A stretch of DNA of 64,000 nt, taken from NCBI GenBank assembly GCA_030390025.1, contig CM059432.1:73968001-74032000 (forward strand), read 5' to 3'. Position 1 is the stretch's first letter; each line of letters begins with the position of its first letter. Of this stretch, positions 49,720 through 63,084 are shown in pieces. This DNA comes from Squalus acanthias. Its lineage: Eukaryota. The translations under genes and the position numbers were made by a program. The notes below the pieces were generated by a model, which saw only the letters and a list, made by a program, of their open reading frames with translations, was not told where the DNA came from and made no database searches.

Positions 49720-50267
49720 TCAAGCAAAAGCAAAATACTATTGAAGCTGGAAATCTGAAATAAAAACAGAAAATGCTGGAAATGGTCACCTGGTCAGGCA
49801 GCATCGATGGGGGAGAGAAACCAAGTTAACTTCAGGTCGGTGACCTTTCATCAGAACTGGAAAAAGTTAGAGATTTAACAGGTTTTAAGCAAGTGCAGGG
49901 GCAGGGAAAGGGGGGAGGAAAGAACAATTGGGAAGGTCTGTGATTGGGTGCAACCCAGGAGATATTAAATGACAAATGGGATGATGGTGCAAGGCAAAAG
50001 GTGATAGTAATGGGACAAGTAAAGAAACACAATATGGGTCTGGGAGAGGTGTAAATGGCAATAGCAGAATCAGTACCAACAGCCGCTGTCTGGAAAAAAT
50101 GGGAGTGGTGGTTATCTGAAATTGTTGAACGCGAGTCGGAAGGCTGTAAAGCGCCTTATCGAAAGATGAGGTGCTGTTCCTTGCGCTTCCGTTGAGCTTC
50201 ATTAGAACTGTGTACGAGACAGAGGACAGAAGTAAGAGTGGGAGTGTGGCGGAGAATTAAAATGACA
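49720..50267 (-). mobile_element. Penelope-like element fragment (copy 3), including a broken hammerhead motif at 49824-49858
   Basis: Reverse complement of the 26411 family; motif AGTT-CTGATGA-A-AGGTC-ACC-GACCT-GAA-GTT-AACT (AC deleted). Confidence 0.86.
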
Positions 50268-53200
50268 GGATTAGGGCTTGTGGGTTGGCGCAATAGCATA
50301 GATTGGTTAACACAGAAAAGAGTAGGAACAAACAGGTCATTTTCAGGATGGCAGGGTGTAACTGGTGGAGTGCTGTCAGGATCAGTGCTTGGACCTCAGC
50401 TATTTACAATCTATATCAATGACTTGGATGAGGGGACCGAGTGTAATATATCCAAGTTTGCTGACGATACAAAGCTTAATGGGGAAGTAAGCTGTGAGGA
50501 GGACGCAGAGGCTGCAAAGGGATGTAGACCGGCTAAATGATTAGGCAAGAAGGTGGCAGATGGAGTATAATGTTTATGGAGTGTGATATTATCCCCTTTT
50601 GTTAGGAAGAATGGAAAAGCAGAATATTTTTTAGAAGGTGAGACTAGTAAATGTTGGTATTCAGAGGGATTTGGGGGTCCTTCAACACTAATCACCAAAA
50701 GTTAACATGCAGGTACAGCAAGCAATTAGGAAGGCAAATAGTATGTTAGCATTTATTGCAAGGGGATTGGAATATAAAAGTAAGGAAATCTTGCTGCAAT
50801 TATCTAGGGCTTTGGTGAGACCACACCTGGAGTACTGTGTACAGTTTTGGTCTCCTTACCTAAGGAAGGATACACTTGCTCTAGTGCAACAAAAGGTCAC
50901 TAGATTGATTCCTGGGATGAGACGATATAAGAACATAAATAGGAACAGGAGTAGGACTTTTGGCTCTTCGAGCCTGCTCTGCTATTCAATAAGATCATGG
51001 CTGATGATCTACCTCATGTCCACTTTCCTGCACTATCCCCAAATCCCTTGATTCCCTTAATATTCAAAAATCTATCGATCTCTGTCTTGAATGTACTCAA
51101 TGACTGAGCCTGCACAGCTGTCTGGGGTAGAGAATTCCAAAGATTCACCACCCTCTGAGTGAAGAAATTTCTCCTCAGTCCTAAATGGCTGACCCCTTAT
51201 TCTAAGACTGTGGCCCCTGGTTCTAGACTCCACAGCCAGGGGAAACATCCTCCCTGCATCTACCCTGTCAAGCCCTGTAAGAATTTTGTATGTTTCAATG
51301 AGATCACCTCTCATTCTTCTAAGCTCTAGAGAATATATCCCTAGTCTACTCAATCTGTCCTCATAGGACAATCCCCCCATCCCAGGAATCAGTCTAGTGA
51401 ACCTTCATTGCACTCCCTCTATGGCAAGTATATCCTTCCTTAGGTAAGGAGACCAAAACTGTACACAATACTCCAACTGTGGTCTCACCAGGGCCCTATA
51501 TAATGGCAGTAAGACATCTTTACTCTTCTACTCAAATCCTCTTGTAATAAAGGCCAGCATACCATTTGCTCTTGCTGTATCTGCATGTTAACTTTCAGTG
51601 ATTCGTGTACAAGGACACTCAGGTCCCTCTGAACACCAACATTTCCCAATCTTGCACCATTTAAAAAATACTCTGCTGTTCTATTTTTCCTACCAAAGTG
51701 GATAACTTCATATTTCTCCACATTATATTCCATTTGCCATGTTCTTGGCCATTCACTTCGCCTGTCTCTATCCCCTTGAAACCTCTTTGCATCCTCCTCA
51801 CAACTTACATTCCCATCTTGCTTTGTATTATCAGCAAACTTGGGTGTATTACATTTGGTCCCCTCATCCAAATCATCGATATAGATTGTGGATAGCTGAG
51901 GCCCAAGCACTGATCCTTGCGGTACCCCACTAGTTACAGCCTGCCAACTCGAAAATGACCCGTTTATTCCTACTCTTCTGTCTGTTAACCAATCCTCAAT
52001 CCATGCTAGGATATTACCCCCAATCCCATGAGCCCTAATTTTGTTAACCTCTTTTGTGTGGCACCTTATCGAATGCCTTCTGAAAATCCAAATACACTGC
52101 ATCCACTGGTTCCCCCTTATCTATTCTACTAGTTACAACCTCAAGAAACTCCAACAGATTTGTCAAACATGATTTCCCTTTCATAAATCCATGTTGACTC
52201 TGCTCAATCCTATTATTTTCTAAGTGCCCTGTTACCACGTCCTTAATAATAGATTCTAGCATTTTCCCTACTACTGATGTCAGGCTAACTGGTCTGTAGT
52301 TCCCTTTTTTTTTCTCTCCCTCCTTTCTTAAATAGTGGGGTTACATTTGCTACCTCCAGTCTGTGGGAACTGTTCTAGAATCTATGGAATTTTGGAAAAT
52401 GACAACCAATGCATCCACTATCTCTATAGCCACCTCTTTCAAAACCCTAGGATGTAGGCCATCAGGTCCAGGGGAATTTATCAGCTTTCAGCCCCATTAA
52501 TTTCTCCAGTAGTTTTTTTTATACTAATACTAATTTATTTCATATCCTCGTTCTCGCTAGAGCCTTGGTTCTCCACTATTTCCGGGAAGTTTTTTGCATC
52601 ATCTTCTGTGAAGACAGACACAAAGTATTTGTTTAATTTCTCTGCCGTTTCCTTATTCCCCATTATAATTTCTCCTCTCTCAGCCTGTAAGGGACCCACA
52701 TTTACTTTTGCTAATCTTTTCCTTTTTACATACCTATAGAAGCTTTGAGTCTGTTTTTATGTCTCTCGCTAGTTTACTCGCATTCTATTTTCCCTTTATC
52801 AATTTCTTGGTCCTCCTTTGCTAAATTCTAAAATCCTCCCAATCATGCTTATTTTTTTTTGCCAACATTATAAGCCTCTTCCTTTGATCTAATACCATCT
52901 TTAACTTGTTAGCCACGGTTGGACCACTTTTCCTGTGGGGTTTTTGTGCCTTAAAGGAATGTATATTTGTTGTAAATTATGTTTTAATTCTTTAAATGCT
53001 AGCCATTGCTTGTCGACCATCCTACCTCTTAATGTAGTTTCCCAGTCTACCTTAGCCAGCTCGCCCCTCATATGTAGTTTGCTTTGTTTAGATTTAAGAC
53101 CCTAGTTTCTGATTTAACTAAATCACTTTCAAACTCTATATAAACGTCTCATATTATGGTTACTCTTCCCTAAAGGCCCCTTTACTACAAGGTTATTAAT

Positions 53201-53364
53201 TAATCCTTTCTCATTTCACAATACTAGATCTAAAATAGCCTGTTCCCTAGTTGATTCCTCAACCTACTGATCTAGAAAACTGTCTTGCATACATTCCATG
53301 AATTCGTCCTCCACTATTATTGCAAATTTGGTTTGCCCAGTCTATGTAGATTAAAGTCCCCCAT

Positions 53365-56042
53365 GATTAGATAAAGGGCAACCAGTGGATGTAGTATATT
53401 TTGGATTTCCAAAAGGCATTTGATAAGGTGCCACATGAAAGATTACACAAGATATGGGCTCATGGGGTTGGGGGTAATATAGTAGCATGGATAGAGGATT
53501 GGATAACTGACAGAGTAGGGATAAACTGATCTTTTTCAAGTTGGCAGGCTGTAACGAGTGGGGTGCTGCAGGGTTCAGTGTTGGGGCCTTGGCTATTTAC
53601 AATCTATATTAATGGCCTAGATGAAGGGACAGAGTAATGTATCCAAGTTTGCTGATGATGCAAAGCTAGGTGGGACAGTAAGCTGAGAACAGAGTCTGCC
53701 AAGGGATATAGATAGACTAAGTGAGTGGGCAGTAAGGTGGCAGATGGAGTATAATGTAAGGAAATGAGGGTTTTCACTTTGGTAGGAAGAATAGAAAAAC
53801 AATTTTTTAAATGTTGAGAAACTTTCAAATGTTGGTGTTCAGAGAGATTTGGGTGTCCTCGTGTAAGAAACAAAACTAGCATACTCTCTGGGTGAAGAAG
53901 TTCCTCCTCAGCTCAGTCCTAAATGGCTTCCCCTTAATCCTTAGACTGTGACCCCTGGTTCTAGTTTTCCCTACCATTGGGAACATTCTGCCCGCATCTA
54001 ATTTGTCTAAACCAGTCAGGATTTTAAATGTCTCTAAGATCCCCCCCTCATTCTTCTGAACTCCAGAGGATACAAGTTCAGTTGACCCAATCTTTCTTGA
54101 TATGTCAGTCCGGCCATCCCAGGAATCAATCTAGTGAACCTTCGCTGCACTCCCTCAATAGCAAGAATGTCCTTAAGTTAGGAGACCAAAACTGCGCACA
54201 ATACTCCAGGTGTGGCCTCACCAAGGCCCTGTACAACTGCAGCATCACCTCCCTACTCCTGTACTCAAATCCCCTTACTATGAAGGCTATCATTCCGTTT
54301 GCTTTCTTGACTGCCTGCTGCACTTGCATTCCCACCTTCACTGACTTATGTACCATGATGCCCAGGTCTCGTTGCACCTCCCCTTTCCCTAATCTGCCAC
54401 CATTCAGGTAATAGTCCGCCTCTCTATTTTTACCACCAAAGTGGATAACCTCACATTTATCCACATTGTACTTCATCTGCCATACATTTGCCCATTCACC
54501 CAACCTGTCCAAGTCACTCTGTAGCCTCCTAGCATCCTCCTCATTGTTCACACTGCCTCCCAATTTAGTGTCATCCGCAAATTTGGAGATATTACATTTA
54601 ATCCCTTCGTCCAAATCATTAATATATAATGTAAACAGCTGGGGTCCCAGCACCGAACCCTGCGGTACCCCGCTGGTCACTGCCTGCCATTCTGAAAAGT
54701 ACCCATTTACTCCTACTCTTTGTTTCCTGTGTGCCAACCAGTTCTCAATCCACGTCAACACATTACCCCCAATCCCATGTGCTTTAACTTTGCTCACCAA
54801 TCTCTTGTGTGGAACCTTGTCGAAGGCCTTCTGAAAGTCCAAATACACCACATCTACTGGTTCCCCCCTGTCCACCCTATTGGAAACATCCTCAAAAAAT
54901 TCCAGAAGATTTGTCAAGCATGATTTCCCTTTCACAAATCCATGCTGACTTGGACCTATCATGTCGCCACTTTCCAAATGGTCAGTTATGACATCTTTAA
55001 TAATTGCTTCCATCATTTTACCCACAACCGATGTCAGGCTGACCGGTCTATAATTCCCTGCTTTCTCCCTCCCTCCTTTTTTAAAAAGAGGGGTTACATT
55101 GGCCACCCTCCACTCCATCGGAACTGATCCAGAGTCTAAGGAATGTTGGAAAATGATCGTCAATGCATCCACTATTTCCAAGGCCACCTCCTTAAGTACT
55201 CTGGGATGCAGACCATCAGGCCCCGGGGATTTTTCAGCCTTCAGTCCCATCAATTTTCCCAATACCTTTTCCTGACTAATTAGGATTTCCCTCAGCTCCT
55301 CCCTCTTACCAGATCCTCTGACCCCTTTTATTTCTGGCAGGTTGTGTGTGTCCTCCACAGTAAACACCGAACCAAAGTACTTGTTCAATTGATCTGCCAT
55401 TTCCTTGTTCCCCATTACGACTTCCCCTGTTTCCGACTGCAGGGGACCTACGTTTGTTTTTACTAACCTCTTTCTTTTTACATATTTATAGAAGCTTTTG
55501 CTGTCCATTTTAATGTTCTCTGCAAGCTTCCTTTCATATTTTATTTTCCCTGCCCTAATCAAACCCTTCGTCCTCCTCTGCTGAGTTTTGAAGTTCTCCC
55601 AGTCCCCGGGTTTGCTGCTACTTCTGGCCAATTTGTATGCAACTTCCTTGGTTTTAATACTATCCCTGATTTCCCTTGTTAGCCATGGTTGAGCCACCTT
55701 CCCTTTTTTATTTTTACGCCAGACCGGGATGTACAATTGTTGTAGTTCATCCATGCGATCTCTAAATGTCTGCCATTGCCCTTCCACTGATAGCCCCTTA
55801 AATATCGCTTGCCAATTTAACCTCGCCAATTCACGCCTCATACCCTCAAAGTTGCCCTTATTTAAGTTCTGGACCATGGTCTCTGACTTAACTAGCATGC
55901 AGGTACAGCAAGCAATAAGGAAGGCAAATAGCATGTTGGCCTTTATTGCAAGGGGGTTGGAATATAAGAGTAAGGAAGTCTTGCTACAATTGTACAAGTC
56001 CTTGGTGAGACCACACCTAGAGTACTTTGCACAGTTTTGGTC
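53365..56042 (+). mobile_element. CR1 RT fragment nested in the minus-strand CR1, split by a further insertion
   Basis: DKGQPVDVVYLDFQKAFDKVPH.. to 53882; resumes SMQVQQAIRKANSMLAFIARG at 55890. Confidence 0.85.
53883..55889 (-). mobile_element. Young internal CR1 ORF2 fragment (2007 bp, long open RT frame) flanked by a 9-bp duplication
   Basis: Open frame KSETMVQNLNKGNF..KSPGPDGLHP..GVPQGSVLGP..FADD..QFWSPNL; AACTAGCAT at 53874-53882 and 55890-55898. Confidence 0.93.
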
Positions 56043-56385
56043 CCAACCTTGGCCACTTTACAACCACGTCTCCGTTATGGCTATTAGATCAAACCTTTTA
56101 ATTTCTATCTGCGCTATTAATTCATAATTTTTGTTGCGAATGCTTCGCGCATTCAGATATAGTGCCTGTAGCTTTGACTTATTTCTATTTATCACTGATG
56201 TCACCTTAGTCACTGATGCCTTATTACCTTTGTAACTCTCTGTCCCTTCCTGATCCACTCTTATTTTTACCCAAAACTGTACTCTGCTCTAGAGCCTTGA
56301 CATTTCTCCCGCTGCTTTTAAATTTACTCTTTCCTGAATCCTCCCACCCCCCCTTATTAGTTTAAAGTCTTGTCCACTGCCCTAG

Positions 56386-57300
56386 TTATTTGGTTTGCCA
56401 GGACACTGGTCCCAGCCTGGTTTCAGTGGAGCCCGTCCCAATGGAACAGCACCCTCTTTCCCCAGTACTGGTGCCAGTGCCCATGAACTGAAACCCCTTC
56501 CTCCCATGCCACTCTTTGAGCCACTCATTTAAACTTCTAATCTGTTTGTCCCTATACCAATTTGCATGTGGCTCAGGTAACAATCCAGAGATTATTACCT
56601 TTGAGGTTCTGCTTTTTAATTTGGATCCTAGCTCCTCAAACTCCCTCAGCAGAACCTCATTCCTAGTTCTACCTATGTCATTGGTTCCTAGGTGGACCAC
56701 GACAGCTGGATCCTCCCCCTCCGACTCCAAGTTCTTCTCCAGCCACGAGGAGATGTCTTTAACCCTGGCAGGCAACACAGCCTTCGGAGCTCTTGGTCGC
56801 GGCTGCAGAGAACAGTATCTATCAACCTGAATATACTGTCCCCTACCACAACTACATTCCTTTTCACTTGCCCCACTTGAATGGCCTCCTGTGCCATGGT
56901 GAGCTTGCTCATCCATCCTGCAGACTTTTCCCTCATCACACAGGCAGCAAGAACCTCATACCTGTTGGACAAGGGCAAAGGCTGAGGCTCCTCCAGCAGT
57001 GCACCTGGGGTCCCCTTAACTGCCTGAGTTGCAGTCACACCCTCCTGTCCCTGACTACTAACCAGACCTGTACCACTACCTAACCTAAGGGGTGTGACTG
57101 CCTCCTGGATCAAAGTGTTCAGGTAACTCTCCCCATCCCTCCCCTGATGCCCCGCAATGTCTGCACCTCAGACTCCAGCTCAAAAACTGATCTGAAGTTC
57201 CTCGACGCAGGCACTTACTGCAAACGTGGTTGTCCAGGATCGCACTGCTCTCCATAAATTCCCACATGCTGCTGTTGCGGCACACCACCTGCACTGCCAT
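56386..57300 (-). pseudogene. CR1 ORF1 (Cys-rich N-terminus + SGNH/GDSL esterase domain), frameshifted
   Basis: MAVQVVC..HVCSKC; LSNRYEVL; VVVGDSI (block I), VHLGTNDIG (block III), WDGLH (block V). Confidence 0.88.
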
Positions 57301-57960
57301 CCCTATATGACCTTGTTTTATTTAATTAAATTTGTAATTGGGTAACTTAGTTTACAGTGTAGTTTCTTGACTATTTACTTGATCTAGATTAAGTTAAGGG
57401 TACTGAAATTAAATATCTACCTGTAACACAGCACTACAAGCAGTGTAGGCAAAAAGCAGCAACTCCTTCCCCCTCTTCTCCAAATTCCCACTCTTTCCAA
57501 ATTCAGCTCTGTTCAAGTCCACTCTGTTTAATCCTGCTCTGTGCAAACCGCCTAAGTACTGTCCTGTGAGGAGATCAAGTAGAATAGGCCTATATTCTCT
57601 GGAGTTTAGAAGAATGAGAGGTGATCTCATTGAAAAGTATAACATTCTTGAGTATGACAGGGTAGGTGCTTAGAGGCTGGAGAGGCTAGAACTAGAGGTC
57701 ATCAAGATAAAGGGCTGGCTATTTAGGACTGAGATGAAGAGGAATTTCTTCACTCGGAGGGTTGTGAATTTTTGGAGTTCTCTACCCCAGATGGCTGTGG
57801 ATGCCCAGTCGATGAGTATATTCAAGACTGAGATTGATAGACTTTTGGGCACTAAGGGAATAGAGAGGTACGGGAAAGTGGAGTTAATGTAAAAGTTCAG
57901 CAATGATCTTATTGAATGGTGGAGCAGGCTGAAGGAGCCGTATGGCCTACTGCTCCTAGA

Positions 57961-58710
57961 ATCATAGAATTATGGAATGGTTACAGCACAGGAGGAGGCC
58001 ATTTGGCCTGTCAAACCTGTGCTGGCTCTCTGGAAGAGCACTTCAGCTAGTCCCACTACATCACCCTTTCCCTGTAGCCCTGTAAATTTTTTTCCTTCAG
58101 GTACTTATCCAATTTCCTTTTGAAAGCCACCATTGAGTCTGCCTCCACCACCCTATCAGGCAGTGTATTCCAGATCCTAACCACTCGTGTAAAAAAAAAA
58201 AAGTTTTCCTCATGTCGCCTTTGGTTCTTCTGCCAATCACCTTAAATCTGTGTCCTCTGAATCTTCAACGATTTGTGCACATATATCCCCAGGTGTCTCT
58301 GTTCATGCACTCCCTTTAGTTTATATTGCGCCTCCTTCCTACCAAAATGCATCACTTTGTACTTTTCTGAGTTAAATTTCATCTGCCACGTGTCTACCCA
58401 TTTCACCAGCCTGTCTGTTGTCTTGAAGTCTATCACTTTCCTCCTCACTGTTCGCTATACTTCCAAGTTTTGTGTCACCTGCAAATTTTGAAATTGTGCC
58501 CTGTGCACCCAAGTCATTAATATATATCAAGAAAAGCAGTGGTCCTAGTACCGACCCCTGGGGAGCACCACTGTATGCCTTCCTCCACTCCGAAAAACAA
58601 CCGTTCACCACTATTCTGTTTCCTGTCGCTTAGTGAATTTCGCATCCATGCTGCCACTGTCCCTTTTATTCCATGGGCTTCAACTTTGCTGGCAAGCCTA
58701 TTATGTTCTT
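57961..58710 (-). mobile_element. CR1 fragment (RT + 3' tail)
   Basis: GAPQGSVLGPLLFLIYINDLGAQGTISKFAGDTKLG; tail like 27820. Confidence 0.87.
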
Positions 58711-58719
58711 GTGTTCTTA

Positions 58720-59455
58720 AGTCATGCTTGCGGACTAAACTGAGGTGTTCCACAAAGCGATCACCCAATCTGTGTTTGGTCTCCCCAATGTAGAGGAGAC
58801 CGCATTGTGGAAAAACAAATAAGAATACTAAATTGAAAGAAGTAAAAGTACACCTGGAAGGAGTTTGGGACCCTGGACGGGAGGAAGTCAAAAGGGCAGG
58901 TGTTGCATCTCCTGTGCTTGCGCTGTGGGAAGGGAAGGAGTTGTTTGGAGTGATGGAGAGTGGACCAGGGTGTCGTGGAGGGAACGATCCCTTCGGAAGA
59001 TGTTTGGTGGTGGCATCATGCTGGAGGTGGCGGGATTGGCGGAGGATGATCCGTTGAATGTGGAGGCAGGTGGGGTGGAAGGTGAGGACAAGGGGAACCC
59101 TACCTCATTCTGGGAGGCAGGAGAAAGGGTGGAGCCAAAGTGCAGGACATGGGTCGAACACAGTCGAGGGACCAGACAACCACAGTGGCAGGGAGTCCTC
59201 GGTTGAGGAACGAGGAATACATAGCTGAAACACTGGTATTGAAGGTGGTATTATCAGAACAGATGCAACTGAGATGGAGAAACTGGTAATTGGAGTCCAG
59301 TACTTACAGGCAGCTGGTGAGAGGAAGCATAGTCAAGGTAGCTGTGGGAGTCGGTGGGCTTATCGTAGATATTGGTCGACAGTCTATCTCCAGAAATGGA
59401 GTTAGAGAAGTCGAGGGAAGGGTAGAGTTGGAGATGGACCATGTGAAGGCAAGGC
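58720..59455 (-). mobile_element. Penelope-like element coding fragment (RT C-terminal region, linker, GIY-YIG)
   Basis: SISGDRLSTNIYDKPTDSHSYLDYASSH, FRRDRSLHDTLVHS, CGLLYIGETKHRLGDRFVEHL. Confidence 0.85.
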
Positions 59456-60028
59456 AAGGGAATTGGAGTGGCAGTAGGAGGAAAGGGAGGAAAATTGGTG
59501 TGGGGGTCAGTGGCAAGTGAGCCTTTGGTTTTGAGCATACTTTTTCTGAAGGGTTCCAGTTCTGTTTGCAACTTCTGCGTTTAATCAACATGTTAACTAT
59601 TTTTGATGTAATGATTCTTGGAAAATTTAAGTCTTTCGTAGGTATACAATTGATAAGACAAACAGATGTTCCAAATGTTGAATATTTATGGAAGATATAA
59701 ACATTTTATATAATGGCATTGCATATGAAATTTATACAATAGAACCAAATCATTTCATTCACATTAAAGATACAATGTTGGTGAAATCAAGCAAGTGGAT
59801 GAATTTGATCTGTTGGGTAAATGAAATCAGCAATTCAAATTCAGCTAGTATAAAGTCACTAAATTGCACTCCGGATGACATTCTGTTATGGTATATGTTG
59901 GATTTTATGCTGATGGTTTCACATCACTTCTACTTAATTTGGTGATGAGTGCAAAGTTTAACTTTTAAGCAAAGGTTCAAAGATTGAATTTGGACAGATG
60001 TGTAAATTATTTTTACTCTTGTATCTGA

Positions 60029-60232
<204 letters not shown>

Positions 60233-60788
60233 TGATTGCTGGAATGATTCTCGACTGATCCAGTAGATACAACTGGCATAGTCTTTTTTTTAAGCAGACA
60301 GTAGACATAAATCATTGACTTACAGTAGACTTTGTGCTTGTGCCTATAGCTGTTAGTTTGTGTGGTGTTTAATTAAAATGTAAAACTCAGTTCTTTCCCT
60401 GCTTTCACATCATTCAAGAATAGTTCGAAGAAGACAATTTGTATTTAAGATATTTCTGTAAATTAAGCTGGAAAGAACTGTTTGAGGTAATTTGTAGTTC
60501 ATTTTGTAATAGAATTTGTGATGGCATTCTTTCTGTAGTAGCAAGCGGTGTCTGTTTTTGTTAACATTTGCATAATGTCCTGCCTGGTGTTTGAGTAAAT
60601 TGAAGCATTTGGGCCCCCTTGCGCGCTCCAAACCACATGGTGTCAGACAAGGGTAAGAATAATAAGTATAGATACCTTGTAGTTAAAAGTAGTTATCAGG
60701 TGTGATACCTACACTTAACTAATTCATGTCCCAGTAAGTGTATGCTTGTAATATATTGATTATATACACCTTGCATAAGTAACACTAG

Positions 60789-60902
<114 letters not shown>

Positions 60903-62691
60903 TAATTCTTTTAAACTTAGTTGATTTCCAGACCAGTGATCAGAAATATAATTGTTTTGGGTTATTTAATATTGGATCTTTGTGTGTTAATTTGGCTCAT
61001 TTTTAATTCAACTAACTAAGTTCTGAAAACAAAACGCTCTCATTGTGTAAATGTGATCTATTTGAACATTCAGTGAAATCAAGCTAAGTTCCTTATTTAC
61101 ATTTATGGTAAGATGTCCAGCCTTTTAATGTATTTATTTAATGTAACTGGGAATAATTTAGTGACTCTCAGATCCAGCTTCACTCCCCTTGGTTTTCCTC
61201 CTTCTATCCTCCTACCCCACTAATTTATGGTAGTATATAATTTGGAGCATTTCAGTTAACAAGTCTGTAGAAATGGCACTATGTGCTAAAGCTTAAACAC
61301 TATTATGTTTCTATTGCAGTTGCAACGCACCAGTGAAAAGCCTTTAGATACACTACCTTATTGTCAGAATTAGTGTGTTCTTTCCTGAATTAATTTGCTG
61401 GACATCCTGAGTTTGTACCACGTAAATTGCTGTTGTATGCAAGATTGGTTCTTGGTTATCATAGAAGATATTTTTATATTAGTGCCACCAATTCTCGACA
61501 TACTGTTCCCATTCAGTTGGTGGCACTACTGAAGATAAATGTACCTGTCTGCAGTGAAAACCCAATTTTTGCTTAGTCTTGATCTGCCAGTTCCTGGAGC
61601 TCCATGGACTCCCAGTAAACGTGCTGAATCAGATTTGTGAATTAATCAGTGTTCATGAAGTCAAAATACATTCTTGGGCATTTGAATGTTGCAGGCACTC
61701 ATAATTTTGCACATTTGCAAAGTATTTCAGCCACTTGCATGTGCATGCAATCTGATCAGTAGGTTTACAATGCTGGATCAGGCTTATGAATTATGTATGT
61801 GGGCTTCTCATGAGATCTAGAGCACACTGCAGTATAGAAGTGGCTATAGAATAGTGCATGCATACATTTCAAATGAGAAGTTAATGCCATTAATCCATTT
61901 GTGAACATTTTGTGGTTAGTTATTTTCATCATTGTACTTTTTTTTACATAGGAAATTGTTATGTAAAAGACACTATGGTATCTTACAGGAGAGTCAGGCA
62001 TATCTGAACAGAATCTAGGAGAACAGTTAGGCAGGTGGCCAAAGGTATATTGAGAAGTGGGCTTTGGAGAGGCATTTGAAAGAGGGCAGGGCATTGTGGC
62101 TGAAAACTCTCTACAAATGAGTGGGGGAGCGATGTAGGGAAAGAGAATGCAGCAGACCAGTCAGAAGAGTTGGCATACTAGGATATAGGGCTGGCAAAAC
62201 AAAGCCATAGAGCTTTTGAAAACATTGACCTAAAAATCTTTACCTATGTGCCTGGGAGTAGAGAGCCAGTGGAGGTTGTTGAGGATGGGATAGTGCAGGA
62301 CTGCTGAGATGAGATTACAATTACCAAGTTCTAGGTAAGTTGGAGTTTAAAGGTCGAGAGAGGGAGCACAGAAGAGACAGTGGAGGATGATCATGATGAA
62401 TGCCACAGAACGGTTGGTGAACGATAGTGTGCTGTTGTAGCCATGTCTGATGTGAACTTTTACCAAGCTGTCTAGCTGTTGTGGATGGAATGAAAATCAG
62501 ACTGAAGGAATTCAAACCAGGAATGGTTGGAGAAGTGGGCTTGGAGTTTGGTGGCATTGACCTGTCTGATGGGGAGGTTAGAAATGGGCAGGAATAAGAA
62601 AAGGGTTTGCAACTTCGCTTATAGTTATAAATTAAATAGGAACATGCTGCTGTTCAATGGTGAGGCTTAATCAAACTTTTTTCTATCATAA

Positions 62692-62796
<105 letters not shown>

Positions 62797-63084
62797 TAAC
62801 TTTTTAATTAACATGTATGCCAAGCTAGCAAAAGCTGACTGGCTTCAAAAGAACTGACTATACTTAAGAGCAGTTTTTGAACTATGACGGGAAGACATGG
62901 AGCTAGACTGATGGCAGTTATAGCCTAAACTGTAGGTATTCTCAACATTCCATTACTTTTATGCAGTACACAAAAGCACAATTGATAGTGATTTAGAAAC
63001 TACCGAAGAGAATGTGTGCTGAAGGCATGAAAATTATTTTCAGTGAAGGAATGTCCCCACAGAATATTTTGATTTTTGACAGCT

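Larger units (their letters stand above)
50925..57558 (-). mobile_element. Near-full-length CR1 (5'UTR, ORF1, ORF2, 3' tail), interrupted at ~53360-56050
   Basis: Tail at 50925; RT to 52300; endonuclease IMGDFNL at ~53350; LYLNARSIRNK..LIAITETWL at 56058-56170; ORF1 at 56386-57300; short tandem 5'UTR repeats at 57480-57545. Confidence 0.88.
50270..57960 (+). mobile_element. Outer CR1 (RT-3' tail), split at ~50922/57560 by nested elements
   Basis: ..CCTGGGATGAGA breaks at 50922 and resumes TGTCCTGTGAGGAG.. at 57560, running to a CR1 tail. Confidence 0.82.

Noticed and set aside
54126..55997. 623-aa ORF as a host gene or active retrotransposon
   Set aside because: It is chimeric. The first ~36 codons are antisense of the host CR1, the rest is an internal CR1 ORF2 piece without endonuclease, and the end is frameshifted.
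62030..62600. Old L2-like LINE fragment on the minus strand
   Set aside because: Purine-rich and suggestive, but too degenerate to support with motifs.
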